A DNA stretch of 63,805 nucleotides, filler included, from Reticulomyxa filosa (Eukaryota > Protista > Foraminifera), in the NCBI GenBank assembly GCA_000512085.1. It is 16 parts of 16 records of this genome, joined end to end, with 100 filler letters (N's around TTAATTAATTAA, not from the genome) between each part and the next. Parts side by side here need not be neighbours in the genome. Positions count along the whole stretch, not along the records: positions 23,606 to 27,449 come from ASPP01028548.1; positions 27,550 to 28,711 come from ASPP01039881.1; positions 28,812 to 33,528 come from ASPP01049327.1; positions 33,629 to 34,907 come from ASPP01019386.1; positions 35,008 to 36,949 come from ASPP01008457.1; 11 more parts are not named here. The stretch is one strand, 5' to 3'. Positions 26,302 through 35,537 of the stretch are shown in pieces. The notes beneath the pieces are model-generated. The model was not told where the DNA came from, did not search any database, and saw nothing but the letters and a program-made list of their open reading frames with translations. The number at the start of each line of letters is the position of its first letter. Position 1 is the stretch's first letter. Position numbers and translations under genes: made by a program.

Positions 26302-26778
26302 TTATCTTTTGTTTTTAGGATTTCTAGAAGCTAAATCTAGGGTAGAAGTTTTTTGAGCAGCATGAGGATGAGACTCATTGGCATAAATATGTAAACATTT
26401 CATTTGCTTACGTGCCAAAGCGCTATCTTTAGGCATCATTCTTTTGATCGTATTCATTAACAATCTTTCTGGGTACTCGCTAGATAAAATATCCCCCTGT
26501 GTTCTTTCTTTTATTCCACCAGGGTATCCTGTATGCCAATAAAAGAAACTCTGCTTTAATTTTTTGCCACTGACCTTTATGTTTTTAGCATTGATAATCA
26601 CCACGTTATCTCCAGTATCAATATGTGGAGTATATTGAGGCCTATGTTTGCCTCTTAAGATTTTGGCAACTTCAGCAGCGAGCCTTCCCAGAATCATGTC
26701 TGTTGCATCGATTAAATGCCAAACTTTTTTGACTTCACCTAGTTTAGCGTTATAGGTAACTGCGGTAAACGACTTCAT
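26302..26778 (-). CDS. rplM: 50S ribosomal protein L13
   Basis: [41 protein letters not shown] and [11 protein letters not shown]. The likely start is MKSF at 26778, in the canonical rplM-rpsI operon. Confidence 0.97.
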   Translation of the reverse strand: MKSFTAVTYNAKLGEVKKVWHLIDATDMILGRLAAEVAKILRGKHRPQYTPHIDTGDNVVIINAKNIKVSGKKLKQSFFYWHTGYPGGIKERTQGDILSSEYPERLLMNTIKRMMPKDSALARKQMKCLHIYANESHPHAAQKTSTLDLASRNPKNKR

Positions 26779-26993
26779 AATGTATAATATATTAAGTATT
26801 TTAAAGTGCCTAATTATGCAAACATCTTGCTTAAATGTCAATATGTAAATTAAAAAAAATACTCGTGGAAAGTAAGGAGCATAAAATAGATATATAGCTG
26901 TTAAAAAACACTGTTTATAAAACATAAGAATAAAGTGTAACTTATTAAGTTTATAGAATGTTAGCTGTCTCTAAATTATTGAATGGTATACCA

Positions 26994-27245
26994 TTAGTTC
27001 TGATGTTCTGAGACAAATAGTGGGTTTAAGTTTTCATTCCAGTCCTGAATTAACAGGGTCTCTGGGTAAATTTTATTAAAAGGGTAGTTATCTTTAATGA
27101 GCGATAGTTTTATTTTTAATTTATCAAGCCTTTTATAAGATGGTTTATTGAAAATAGGATTGAAATAAGTAGGAGGGAACACCATAACTTTATCACAATC
27201 TTCCTTTGAGCAATAGTCTTTCAATAACGCAATCATCCCTTTGCA
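26994..27245 (-). pseudogene. C-terminal fragment of a possible glycosyltransferase-like protein, cut by the adjacent IS
   Basis: 'VMVFPPTYFNP...LLIQDWN' resembles the tail of DXD glycosyltransferases. The frame starts right next to the IS1595-like ORF. Confidence 0.35.
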
Positions 27246-27449
27246 TGTCACAGATTATAAAATATACTTAAGTCCATAATGGGTAAAAGATTATGAACTT
27301 TTTTGAATTTAACAAACAATTTCCAACTGAACTTGATTGCATAAAGTATTTTATTATAATTAGGTATAATAATAAACCTGTTTGTAGACATTGTGGTAAT
27401 GATAAAATTTATCATAGAAGAGTTGAGCCTAAAAACTTTCAATGCAATA
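27246..27449 (+). mobile_element. IS1595-family insertion sequence, left end (transposase N-terminal zinc ribbon from 27293), truncated by contig end
   Basis: MNFFEFNKQFPTELDCIKYFIIIRYNNKPVCRHCGNDKIYH...FQCN fits the F-x-TE-xx-C...CxxCG...F-x-C zinc ribbon of IS1595 transposases. The exact left boundary is uncertain. Confidence 0.85.
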
Positions 27450-27549
27450 NNNNNNNNNNNNNNNNNNNNNNNNNNNNNNNNNNNNNNNNNNNNTTAATTA
27501 ATTAANNNNNNNNNNNNNNNNNNNNNNNNNNNNNNNNNNNNNNNNNNNN

Positions 27550-27860
27550 ATTTCTCCATGTTTGTGATATTGTTGTCTTTTCAAATTTATCTCCAAAGTC
27601 TTTGAATAAACGCATTAAGTGATGTTGTTGTTCTAAATTAATGCTATATTGAAATATGTGATAATGTTTTTGTGTATTAAAAAATAGATATAAATTTTTG
27701 TTACGTGTTCTCTGTTAGCCAAGCTAAGACAGCCTTTGTCTCATCAACATTTTTATTACACTGTTTCCATGCTTTTAAAACAATCTCTTCATGTATCTTA
27801 GGGAACATTTATTGAAGTTGTGCATATGATGATGGACTGAACTTCAATACAAATCTTTTT
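27550..27860 (-). pseudogene. Degenerate host gene fragment with a CUE-like domain
   Basis: The minus strand reads YAQLQ*MFPKIHEEIVLKAWKQCNKNVDETKAVLAWL, then after an intron QQHHLMRLFKDFGDKFEKTTISQTW. There is an in-frame TAA. Confidence 0.45.
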
Positions 27861-28811
27861 TTATTTCGATGTAAAGGGTTTACAGAAATCAAATTAATTA
27901 AAAATGCAGTTAGTCAGTGTATATTTGATCTTTCTTTTGTAATTACTGTTTATCAGTCAAAATTCAACACAAAAAATGATATCACTTTCAACGCTAATTA
28001 AATTACTGCTGTTTTGTCGGCAACTTTGTGTATATATCATTATTATCATTTTTGTTCAATTCACATCAAAAAAATTTTTCCAAACAAAATGATGTGCTGT
28101 GATGTTTCAGACAAAAGGGAATTATAAAATTTCTTTTAATTCTTGGTTCTACTCGTATTTGGGGATAATTTACTTTTTGTTGAATAAGAAATGAAACGTT
28201 TGATTAAAAGAAAAGTAAGATGATATTACATTTGTTTAATTTGATTGAATACAAGCATTGAAAGATGTATTTTATTTTACTTTATTGTTTAAAAAATTGA
28301 AAAAGTTGCGTTCAATGTTTTTGAAGAATTGAAAATCATAATAAATAAAAATTGTATCCAATATCAAAATAAATTACAAGATATTTCAAGTATTGTATCT
28401 TTTATATAGAATCAAACACGATCGTTTTTGTATTAATTCATGATGTATTTCTTTTTTGTTTTGAAATCTTTTCAAATAATGCAACAATAGATATAATAAA
28501 GAGAAAGGTGTCTTACATTGAAAAGCAGACAACAAAGTGAGAATAGCTCTTTTGATCACTAAATGTACATTGAAATGAATTATATTGATCACTTATAAAT
28601 ATTTTATCCAATTGTGAATTACTGCAGATGGAATATCGACAATGTAAGAATATTATTAAAAACAACCAATGTATGACTTTGATGAAATGATTTTTAAATA
28701 TGTTAAGTTATNNNNNNNNNNNNNNNNNNNNNNNNNNNNNNNNNNNNNNNNNNNNTTAATTAATTAANNNNNNNNNNNNNNNNNNNNNNNNNNNNNNNNN
28801 NNNNNNNNNNN

Positions 28812-28966
28812 TATATTAATAATCTTCTCGAATGTTTCTTTCTTTACACCGGTTAAACGGCGAAATTGGTCTGAATTTAACCCTTTGATAGCTTCGTATT
28901 TCATAACTTCCTATATTAGTTACTAAATACTTTTTAATCTATTTCTTTTAGTTTCGAAAGAAGTCT
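28812..28966 (-). mobile_element. IS5-family (ISL2/ISWpi1-like) insertion sequence, left end; transposase starts at 28904 and is truncated by the contig edge
   Basis: The minus strand reads MKYEAIKGLNSDQFRRLTGVKKETFEKIINI (FRRLTGVK motif). The terminal IR-like AGACTTCTTTCGAAACT is flanked by TAA/TTA. Confidence 0.88.
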
Positions 28967-28968
28967 AA

Positions 28969-29275
28969 TAAAGCGAATATGGTTGCAAAAGCAATAATAA
29001 AGTATGAAGCAAAATATGGAATCAATATGCCTGCTAAAAGAATAGAGCGACTAAAGGTAGCTGACAATAGTGTAGATAGAGGTATCAGTATAAATAAAGT
29101 ATTAAATGCCAAAAATGAATTTACCACTCAAGAATTAGAGGTAATAAAACAGAATAAGCAAGCTGCCAAAGAAAATAAAGATACTATAGAAACTCATAAT
29201 AAAGCACAAAAGGCTCAACAAGACACTAGCATTGAACGCAGTATCAGCAGAGACGAAATGGACTTTGGTATGTAA
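28969..29275 (+). pseudogene. C-terminal remnant of a larger protein interrupted by IS5, possibly a conjugative relaxase (TraA/MobA) tail
   Basis: The frame begins at the IS end. The coiled-coil tail ending 'ERSISRDEMDFGM' is typical of relaxase C-termini. No catalytic motif is present. Confidence 0.4.
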
Positions 29276-29290
29276 GTAAATTCAAGTAGT

Positions 29291-30016
29291 TTAAGATTCA
29301 AGCGATGACCCTAGCAACGTATTTACGTAAGTCTCTGTTGTTGATGCTACCAAAGGAATTTCTATAGAGTCTACCTCTGCTGGAGTGCTTAAAGTAGACA
29401 TTGTTGATGCGACTGAACTACCTACATATACAGTCATAGCCGTAGCAATATCCCCCATAGAAGAAGAAACAAGAGAATTATCTGTAATTACTTCAGCACC
29501 TTTTTCACTTGCTGGGTTACCAAACTTTAACTCTCTATACATTGCTTCAAGCTCTTTTGGTATATAAATTTTAGTTGTTGCATAACCAGTTTTTAATTTT
29601 GCTGCTTCAGAACCATTATTTCCAAACCATCCCTTTAGAAAATCCCCAAAAAAATGTGTGTCACTCGCTACCTTAGCATTAGCTCCATACTTCGCATCCC
29701 ACTTTACCTCTAATCTCGAGCTAAGTGCAGATTTTCCAAACTTTGATTTATAGGCTTCTTGTTGCTCTGTAGTATCTACAGGGTCGTTTAACATAGCCTC
29801 ATATTCTTTAGTATTTCCTTCCATCGCAGCTTTTCTTATATGAGTTGCCTTCCAACCGAACGCAGCTGCATAACTCCCTGCATCACGATCAGTATGGATC
29901 GGCATATCAAGCCAAATCATCTTCGTCTTCCCAAAATAAAGCTTTTCATTCGAGCTTATTGAGGGATTAGTTTTTAATTTTGCTACTTCAGAACCATTAT
30001 TTCCAAACCATTCCAT
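29291..30016 (-). CDS. Hypothetical protein with internal repeat WFGNNGSE(V/A)AKLKT
   Basis: 241-aa intron-free ORF with a 43-bp near-identical repeat at 29588-29630 and 29969-30011. Confidence 0.75.
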   Translation of the reverse strand: MEWFGNNGSEVAKLKTNPSISSNEKLYFGKTKMIWLDMPIHTDRDAGSYAAAFGWKATHIRKAAMEGNTKEYEAMLNDPVDTTEQQEAYKSKFGKSALSSRLEVKWDAKYGANAKVASDTHFFGDFLKGWFGNNGSEAAKLKTGYATTKIYIPKELEAMYRELKFGNPASEKGAEVITDNSLVSSSMGDIATAMTVYVGSSVASTMSTLSTPAEVDSIEIPLVASTTETYVNTLLGSSLES

Positions 30017-30075
30017 AAAACCACCAAAAAATTTATTTTAAATTGTTGCCTGCCACAAATTTTCAAAATTATATG

Positions 30076-31419
30076 CTAGACATCATCCCCTTCATTTATT
30101 CCATCAATTAGTATATATCCAAAATTTTCTAAAGCTAGCACTTCTTCATCTATATCTCTATCCAGTTTTTGACATTTTGTTTCTGAACAAATCAGTAAAG
30201 AAGAGATTTCGTCATCTAAGGTTTTTGTCCTTATAGTATTAGCATTAATGATGGTTTCTTTCAATAATTCATCATGAATCGCCTTCATAAAAAATATGTG
30301 TTTGCAATTATCTATTATAATATTAGCTTTATTTTCAATATCTTTACAATTATTCACATAATTTAGCTTAGCATCTAAGATGACCTCTTTGATTCTGCAA
30401 TCTGCCGCTTTTCTTAGCTCATTTATTCCTTCTTCAAAGCATTCTCTTTTTGCTTGGTCAATAAGAGTCTCCACAAAATCTTGAAATTTTTCATGTATCA
30501 ATGTCTTTACAGATGGATCATTTATATTTTTAAACTCATTAAATACATTCGTTGCTTTCTCCTTGTGGGGCTGTTCTATTCCGTCAACCTTTTGCACAGG
30601 TTGCCAAAATTTCATCCATTCAAACCATGAAGTTTTAACTCCTTCAATATCTTTTTGTGCAGTAGCAAAATATTGCACTTTAAACCCTAATAGTGCCGCA
30701 AATTTGTCCCGTAGACTAGTATAATAAGCTTCTTTCGATGCAATATCTTTATAGTCATTTAGAGTAGAGCTTCTTCCGTCTTGAGCATTAAGTATATGAT
30801 TATAAATAGTGTAAAACTCTTGTATACTGTTTTTAAAACCTTTCAGGGAATTATAGATACTTATATATTCATCATAACTATAAAATTCTAAATCATTTAT
30901 TAATTCAACAAATATTGGATCCTGTATTAGAATTTTAAATTCATTAAGCCAATTAACAATGCTTGTATCAAAGCAGCTGGCAGAATCTGTTTCATCTTTC
31001 ACCTTTGTATTTTCATTTAATATGGTTTCTAATGTAAGTGGTTGGTATAAGTCTTTTTCAGTAATTGTAATATGGCTAAGCGATTCTTCACTGTCTGCCT
31101 TTTGAAGATTCTTAGTATTAATCCTATGTACATAGGATTTTATTTGTGCCCACGACTTATTATATCGTTCGATAAGGATGTCACATTTATATAATTGATC
31201 TTGTAATACGTATTTACTAAGATATTCTGAAGATTCTCTTGCTACCATATCTAAAGCCCTGTGCAAATTAGTGGCATTAAATTTATAGTCATTTATTAGT
31301 TCAAAGGCCTTTTTAGTATTCTCTTTTTCTTTACGAATCTTTTCTATATCTTTATTCAAATCAGATGTTTTCAACCATTTTGAATTTAATACTGTATTTT
31401 CTTCCACAGATCCTGCCAC
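30076..31419 (-). CDS. Hypothetical helical/coiled-coil protein (447 aa)
   Basis: Long intron-free ORF in the AT-rich bacterial contig. It overlaps the upstream TPR ORF by 34 bp and may be one frameshifted gene with it. Confidence 0.8.
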   Translation of the reverse strand: MAGSVEENTVLNSKWLKTSDLNKDIEKIRKEKENTKKAFELINDYKFNATNLHRALDMVARESSEYLSKYVLQDQLYKCDILIERYNKSWAQIKSYVHRINTKNLQKADSEESLSHITITEKDLYQPLTLETILNENTKVKDETDSASCFDTSIVNWLNEFKILIQDPIFVELINDLEFYSYDEYISIYNSLKGFKNSIQEFYTIYNHILNAQDGRSSTLNDYKDIASKEAYYTSLRDKFAALLGFKVQYFATAQKDIEGVKTSWFEWMKFWQPVQKVDGIEQPHKEKATNVFNEFKNINDPSVKTLIHEKFQDFVETLIDQAKRECFEEGINELRKAADCRIKEVILDAKLNYVNNCKDIENKANIIIDNCKHIFFMKAIHDELLKETIINANTIRTKTLDDEISSLLICSETKCQKLDRDIDEEVLALENFGYILIDGINEGDDV

Positions 31420-31721
31420 ATTTTTGTTTTTTTATTTAGTTCACCACCTACTATTGCACCTAACTTCATCGCCTTTTCAAATTCAACCAATGCTGAGTTA
31501 TATTCGCCTAGTTTTTCGTATAATACGCCAAGGAGGCCGTGCGCATCTGCATTATTCGGCTCCAGCTTTATCACTTTTTTTATTTCTACTTCTTTCTCTC
31601 TTACTACGTTTAGCTTGAAGGGTATTTTATACCTGTAGAACTTATGTTTTGGATTCGTCTCTATCTCCTTTTCAAATTTCTTTGCCAGATCTCTAGTATG
31701 TATCCATGCATCCATATCCAC
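31386..31721 (-). CDS. Tetratricopeptide-repeat protein (short)
   Basis: KKVIKLEPNNADAHGLLGVLYEKLGEYNSALVEFEKAMKL is a canonical TPR. Confidence 0.8.
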   Translation of the reverse strand: MDMDAWIHTRDLAKKFEKEIETNPKHKFYRYKIPFKLNVVREKEVEIKKVIKLEPNNADAHGLLGVLYEKLGEYNSALVEFEKAMKLGAIVGGELNKKTKMWQDLWKKIQY

Positions 31722-31853
31722 TCATACTAATTTTTTTACCTTTTTACTCAACTAACTAAGTCAAGTCAAGTCAAGTGCCTATTTTTTTAGAAATATTGCG
31801 TTTAATTTATAGTTTTAGTTGTCTCCTTATAAGGTTAAAAGAAGGCTTTATAA

Positions 31854-31992
31854 GGTTCTGTCGCAAATGCAAATTTGGCAAAAAATAAGTTTCAGTTTTA
31901 ATGCAATATGTTAATGAAATTTAATGTTTTTTAAAAAAGCAAAGATATCTTGAGCACTTTAAACGCCGTTCATTTTAATTTACGACAGAACC
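31854..31992 (+). mobile_element. IS6-family-derived 139-bp miniature element (MITE-like)
   Basis: Left end GGTTCTGTCGCAAAT and right end ATTTACGACAGAACC form a 14/15 inverted match to the IS6-type IR GGTTCTGT(C/T)GCAAA. The interior keeps a degenerate transposase start (..FKRR..F). Confidence 0.8.
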
Positions 31993-32088
31993 AAGTTATC
32001 TGCATGGAAACAATTCTATGCTTTAGTAGGATGGCCCTGCCTAAAAGCAACTGCTGATCCTCCACCATTTTATTTTTGCGACAGTACC
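31993..32088 (+). mobile_element. Right end of a second IS6-family element
   Basis: Encodes KLSAWKQFYALVG, like the 'QFYSLAA' tail of IS6 transposases. It ends in TTTGCGACAGTACC (reverse complement GGTACTGTCGCAAA). Confidence 0.7.
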
Positions 32089-32104
32089 AAAATTCTAAAT
32101 CCAA

Positions 32105-32356
32105 TTAGAGTTTAGGTATTAAAACTGCTGTGAAGCGCTTCTTCAATTTATATGGGTCTTTATGTCCCTTTTCCCCTGTGTAGGGATTTGTATTTCCTTT
32201 TGTGCTCCAATTATCAAATTTAGAATCATTACGGTCAGATCTATGATGTGGTTGCACGTATGTTCCATCTTTTCTATAGTACCCATCAACCTCTGTGGCG
32301 TTAGCTTGTGTAATGGCTAGTACGCTAAGTAAAAAAGCTAATACAAAACCTTTCAT
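32105..32356 (-). CDS. Small secreted protein of the conserved 'VxGYxRKDGTYVxPHxRS...DNWSTKGNxNPYTG' family
   Basis: Signal peptide MKGFVLAFLLSVLAITQANA followed by the conserved motif block. Start ATG at 32356. Confidence 0.85.
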   Translation of the reverse strand: MKGFVLAFLLSVLAITQANATEVDGYYRKDGTYVQPHHRSDRNDSKFDNWSTKGNTNPYTGEKGHKDPYKLKKRFTAVLIPKL

Positions 32357-32415
32357 AAACCTCAAATTATAAATTATCATTGTAGACACTCTATTATGGC
32401 TAGCTAATAAATAAG

Positions 32416-32662
32416 TCAAGCAGAGACTGTTGATCCAACTAAGGTAGTAGAAGTATTTAAAGACATAGCAACAGAAGAACAAAAGGGAAATATTGTGACG
32501 ATTGCAGAAAAACTAATAGAAAAAGGTAAACAAGAAGGAATGGAACAGGTAGCGATGAATCTCCTAAAATCAGGACAAAATGCAGACTTTGTTGCCAAAG
32601 TCACAGGATTAAGTGCGGATGAAGTGAAAAAGTTGCAAACTGAATGTGGTTGCACCCACTGA
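32416..32662 (+). pseudogene. C-terminal part of an Rpn/YhgA-like (PD-(D/E)XK, Transposase_31) protein; intact small ORF 32495-32662
   Basis: ...GNIVTIAEKLIEKGKQEGMEQVAMNLLKSGQNADFVAKVTGLSADEVKKL matches the Rpn tail MTIAE..G..EG...A..LL..G......TGLS. The nuclease domain is absent. A GTG start at 32495 follows AAAGGGA. Confidence 0.8.
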
Positions 32663-32703
32663 AGTTATTCCTGGAAATGCATTAACCAAAAGACAAAATC
32701 TTT

Positions 32704-33153
32704 ATGGATCATCCAAAGCAAATTGCAAATCAGAACATACCAACCAAGTTTATACCTAACATGAGAGTGCTGAACATTAACAATCTCGAAAACTATACGG
32801 TAGTTCAGAAAGAGATGGATGATGCCTTACTGAAGGGTAAGCACAAGCTTTCAACATTGGCAGTACTCAATTCATCAACTGGCAACAAACGTATTGTTGA
32901 AATATTATACGATAGGGCGCTGGAGATTTATATCAGACTTGCACAGATGCATAAATTCAAGCCTGAAAAGATAACAATTGAGAATATGACAACTCATCCA
33001 TCAATACAATAAGGAATATGGTTTTGAAAGGATTACAGCCTTATATTTCGACAATGGGCATTGATCAAATTATGGATTTAATAATAGCTGAGATTTTGCA
33101 TAACAGAGCATTAGATACTTGTATGAAGCTAAATCGCTTACGAATAAATTAAG
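32704..33153 (+). pseudogene. Frameshifted hypothetical bacterial gene
   Basis: ORF 32704..33012 continues in another frame as KEYGFEGLQPYISTMGIDQIMDLIIAEIL...*. Confidence 0.45.
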
Positions 33154-33237
33154 GTATGTTATGTTTTTGAGGCTAAATTAAATAAGTAAAGGAAAAGTTA
33201 ACTGCCGCACAGGCAGCAAAAATAAATTTCGTTGGCC

Positions 33238-33528
33238 TTAGATATAAAAGATATCCTTTAAATGCAATGATTTTTTTGTTACTTCTAAATCTAAACAGCT
33301 GATTTGATTATTAAGATCACTTAGCTTTTTAAAAAGCTCTATTCCTGCAGTTTTATTGGATATATCATCAATACTATGCTTAACCTTTGTTCTTGCTTCT
33401 AAATTGGTTTTACCAAAGTATTTCTTCATTACATATGACTCATATAAACTTTGATGCAAGCCTTTATTTTTACTATCATAAACCAAACTATGTGGTGATA
33501 ACCAGGTATTATTGGTGACTAGGTGCTT
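33238..33528 (-). CDS. C-terminal part of a hypothetical bacterial protein, truncated by contig edge
   Basis: Open frame from the contig edge to TAA at 33238. No motif recognised. Confidence 0.5.
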   Translation of the reverse strand, partial: KHLVTNNTWLSPHSLVYDSKNKGLHQSLYESYVMKKYFGKTNLEARTKVKHSIDDISNKTAGIELFKKLSDLNNQISCLDLEVTKKSLHLKDIFYI

Positions 33529-33834
33529 NNNNNNNNNNNNNNNNNNNNNNNNNNNNNNNNNNNNNNNNNNNNTTAATTAATTAANNNNNNNNNNNNNNNN
33601 NNNNNNNNNNNNNNNNNNNNNNNNNNNNATTGAATAATGAAGCCAAGTATTAAGTACAGCACGTTTTTTTTTAACGCTAAGTTTTTTTTTGTTTATGAGC
33701 TTTCGGCGAAATTTTTAAATTGTATTTATCTCGTATCCGCTCTTTTTTGGCTAAATTATTGAAGACATTGATTGAATTAGGTGGTGACCTTCAGCAATTG
33801 CTGAAATCATTGGAACAAAAGGAAAGTGAAAAAA

Positions 33835-34907
33835 ATGGCACAAAGTTCAGACTCACAACAGAAAGTTGTGTGTAATTCCGAGCGAAGCACCAAAGATGGA
33901 ATGACATCGACAGATCCAATGAAATCAGATATGTACAGTCCAAGAGACGATAGCAATCGCTCTCTCCGTCCGTCGGATGGAGAAGGAAGTGGTGATGATG
34001 TGTTGTCCTTTTTGAACAACGAAGAGGCGCATTCAATTTCTGTCCGCCCGATGGATTTTGATCCATCCACAACAAGTAGTCATGGTCATGTGGTTCACAA
34101 CATTCGATCCAGGGCTATGCACGATCGACAAGAAGAAGAAGAAGAAGAAGAGGAGGAAGAAGAACCATCTAGCTTTGTTTTTGATTTTTTTTTTCCTCCC
34201 CCTTTTTTTTTTTTTCTTCCTCGTTCCTTCCCCCTTTTTTTTTTCCTCCCTCTTACCCACAATCCAAATTGGTCCATGAACTTTGCTTTTTTTTTTTTTA
34301 CGTACACGTTCCCCCCCCCCCTTTTTTTTTCCCCCTCTTGTCCCAAATGCAATGGAATGTTAATGTGGCATCAGAGAGAAAACTAACCAACTCCGCACAA
34401 ATGAACACTGTGACAAACAAACATTAGAAACGGAGAGTTGTATGTACACGGACGACGAGCGCGAGTCGTACCACGTGGACGAAGACGAGAACAGCGTGCT
34501 GAACCCCGATTTGTATCATACCCCTCCGCCATTGGACGCGACGAGAAAGGATGACGAACAAGAGGAAGAGGAAGAGGAAGAGGAGGACGTAGAAGCGCAA
34601 GCCATGTCTGCGAAAGAGACGACATGTCATCATGCTGCTCGAGCCAGAAGTAATGACAAGACACTGCCATTGTCACCACAAGTTTTATTTTTTATTTATT
34701 TATTGTATTTTATAATGTATGTAGAAAAACTTATCTTCATGCGACACACACACACATACACACATACACAAACACATTTGAATTCTCTTTGTCGGTGAAC
34801 ATAGATGAAAATAACCATCGACGAGACTGAAATGAGTGACAATGATATCACTCCACCACCAATGTCATTACCATTGCCATTGTCTGGGTTCGTCGCACCG
34901 CAAACAT
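33835..34907 (+). CDS. Acidic low-complexity host protein (5' exons)
   Basis: MAQSSDSQ... exon with poly-E, a pyrimidine-rich intron, a second poly-E exon (~34430-34681) and a third exon from ~34806. Confidence 0.6.
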
Positions 34908-35007
34908 NNNNNNNNNNNNNNNNNNNNNNNNNNNNNNNNNNNNNNNNNNNNTTAATTAATTAANNNNNNNNNNNNNNNNNNNNNNNNNNNNNNNNNNNNN
35001 NNNNNNN

Positions 35008-35372
35008 CACCGGGACAAGCGGGGCGGCCTGTCGCTTCACGTGAAGAAGGAGCCAAAAGCGCCGACGTGGACCTTCCGCCGGCGGTCGCCCGCCTGATGC
35101 TCGATCTCCTGGAGGCCATCGGCCAGGGCCAGGCGGTCACGCTCGTGCCGTCCGGCGCGGATCTCTCCACCCAGCAGGCCGCCGACATGCTCGACGTCTC
35201 CCGGCCCTTCCTCGTGAAGCTGCTCGAGACCCGGGAGATCCCGCACCACAAGATCGGCACCCATCGCCGCATCCGGGCGGAAGACCTCTTGGCCTACAGG
35301 GACCGTCGCGACAGAACGCGCACCGCCGCGCGCACCCGCCTCGCCCGGCTGGGACAGGAGATCGAGGACTGA
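35008..35372 (+). CDS. Excisionase-family (HTH_17) DNA-binding protein, 5'-truncated
   Basis: VDLPPAVARLMLDLLEAIGQGQAVTLVP..ADLSTQQAADMLDVSRPFLVKLLETREIPHHKIGTHRRIRAEDLLAYR. GC-rich codon usage. Confidence 0.92.
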
Positions 35373-35537
35373 AGGAGGTGTGTCTGGGATCGCTTCACCG
35401 CTTCGCCCGGTTCGATCTTACCAGAAGGTGACGGTCATCCGGCTGAAAGCATTGTGGTCGGCATACGAGGATTGGCCGTTACGCGCGCAAGTCCGACGGG
35501 TCCATCGGCAAACGCATTCACATAAAGGTCTGTCCAG

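Noticed and set aside
26779-26925. 49-aa N-terminal extension of L13 in the ORF track
   Set aside because: It is AT-rich promoter-region sequence without L13 similarity. The ATG at 26778 gives a normal-length protein.
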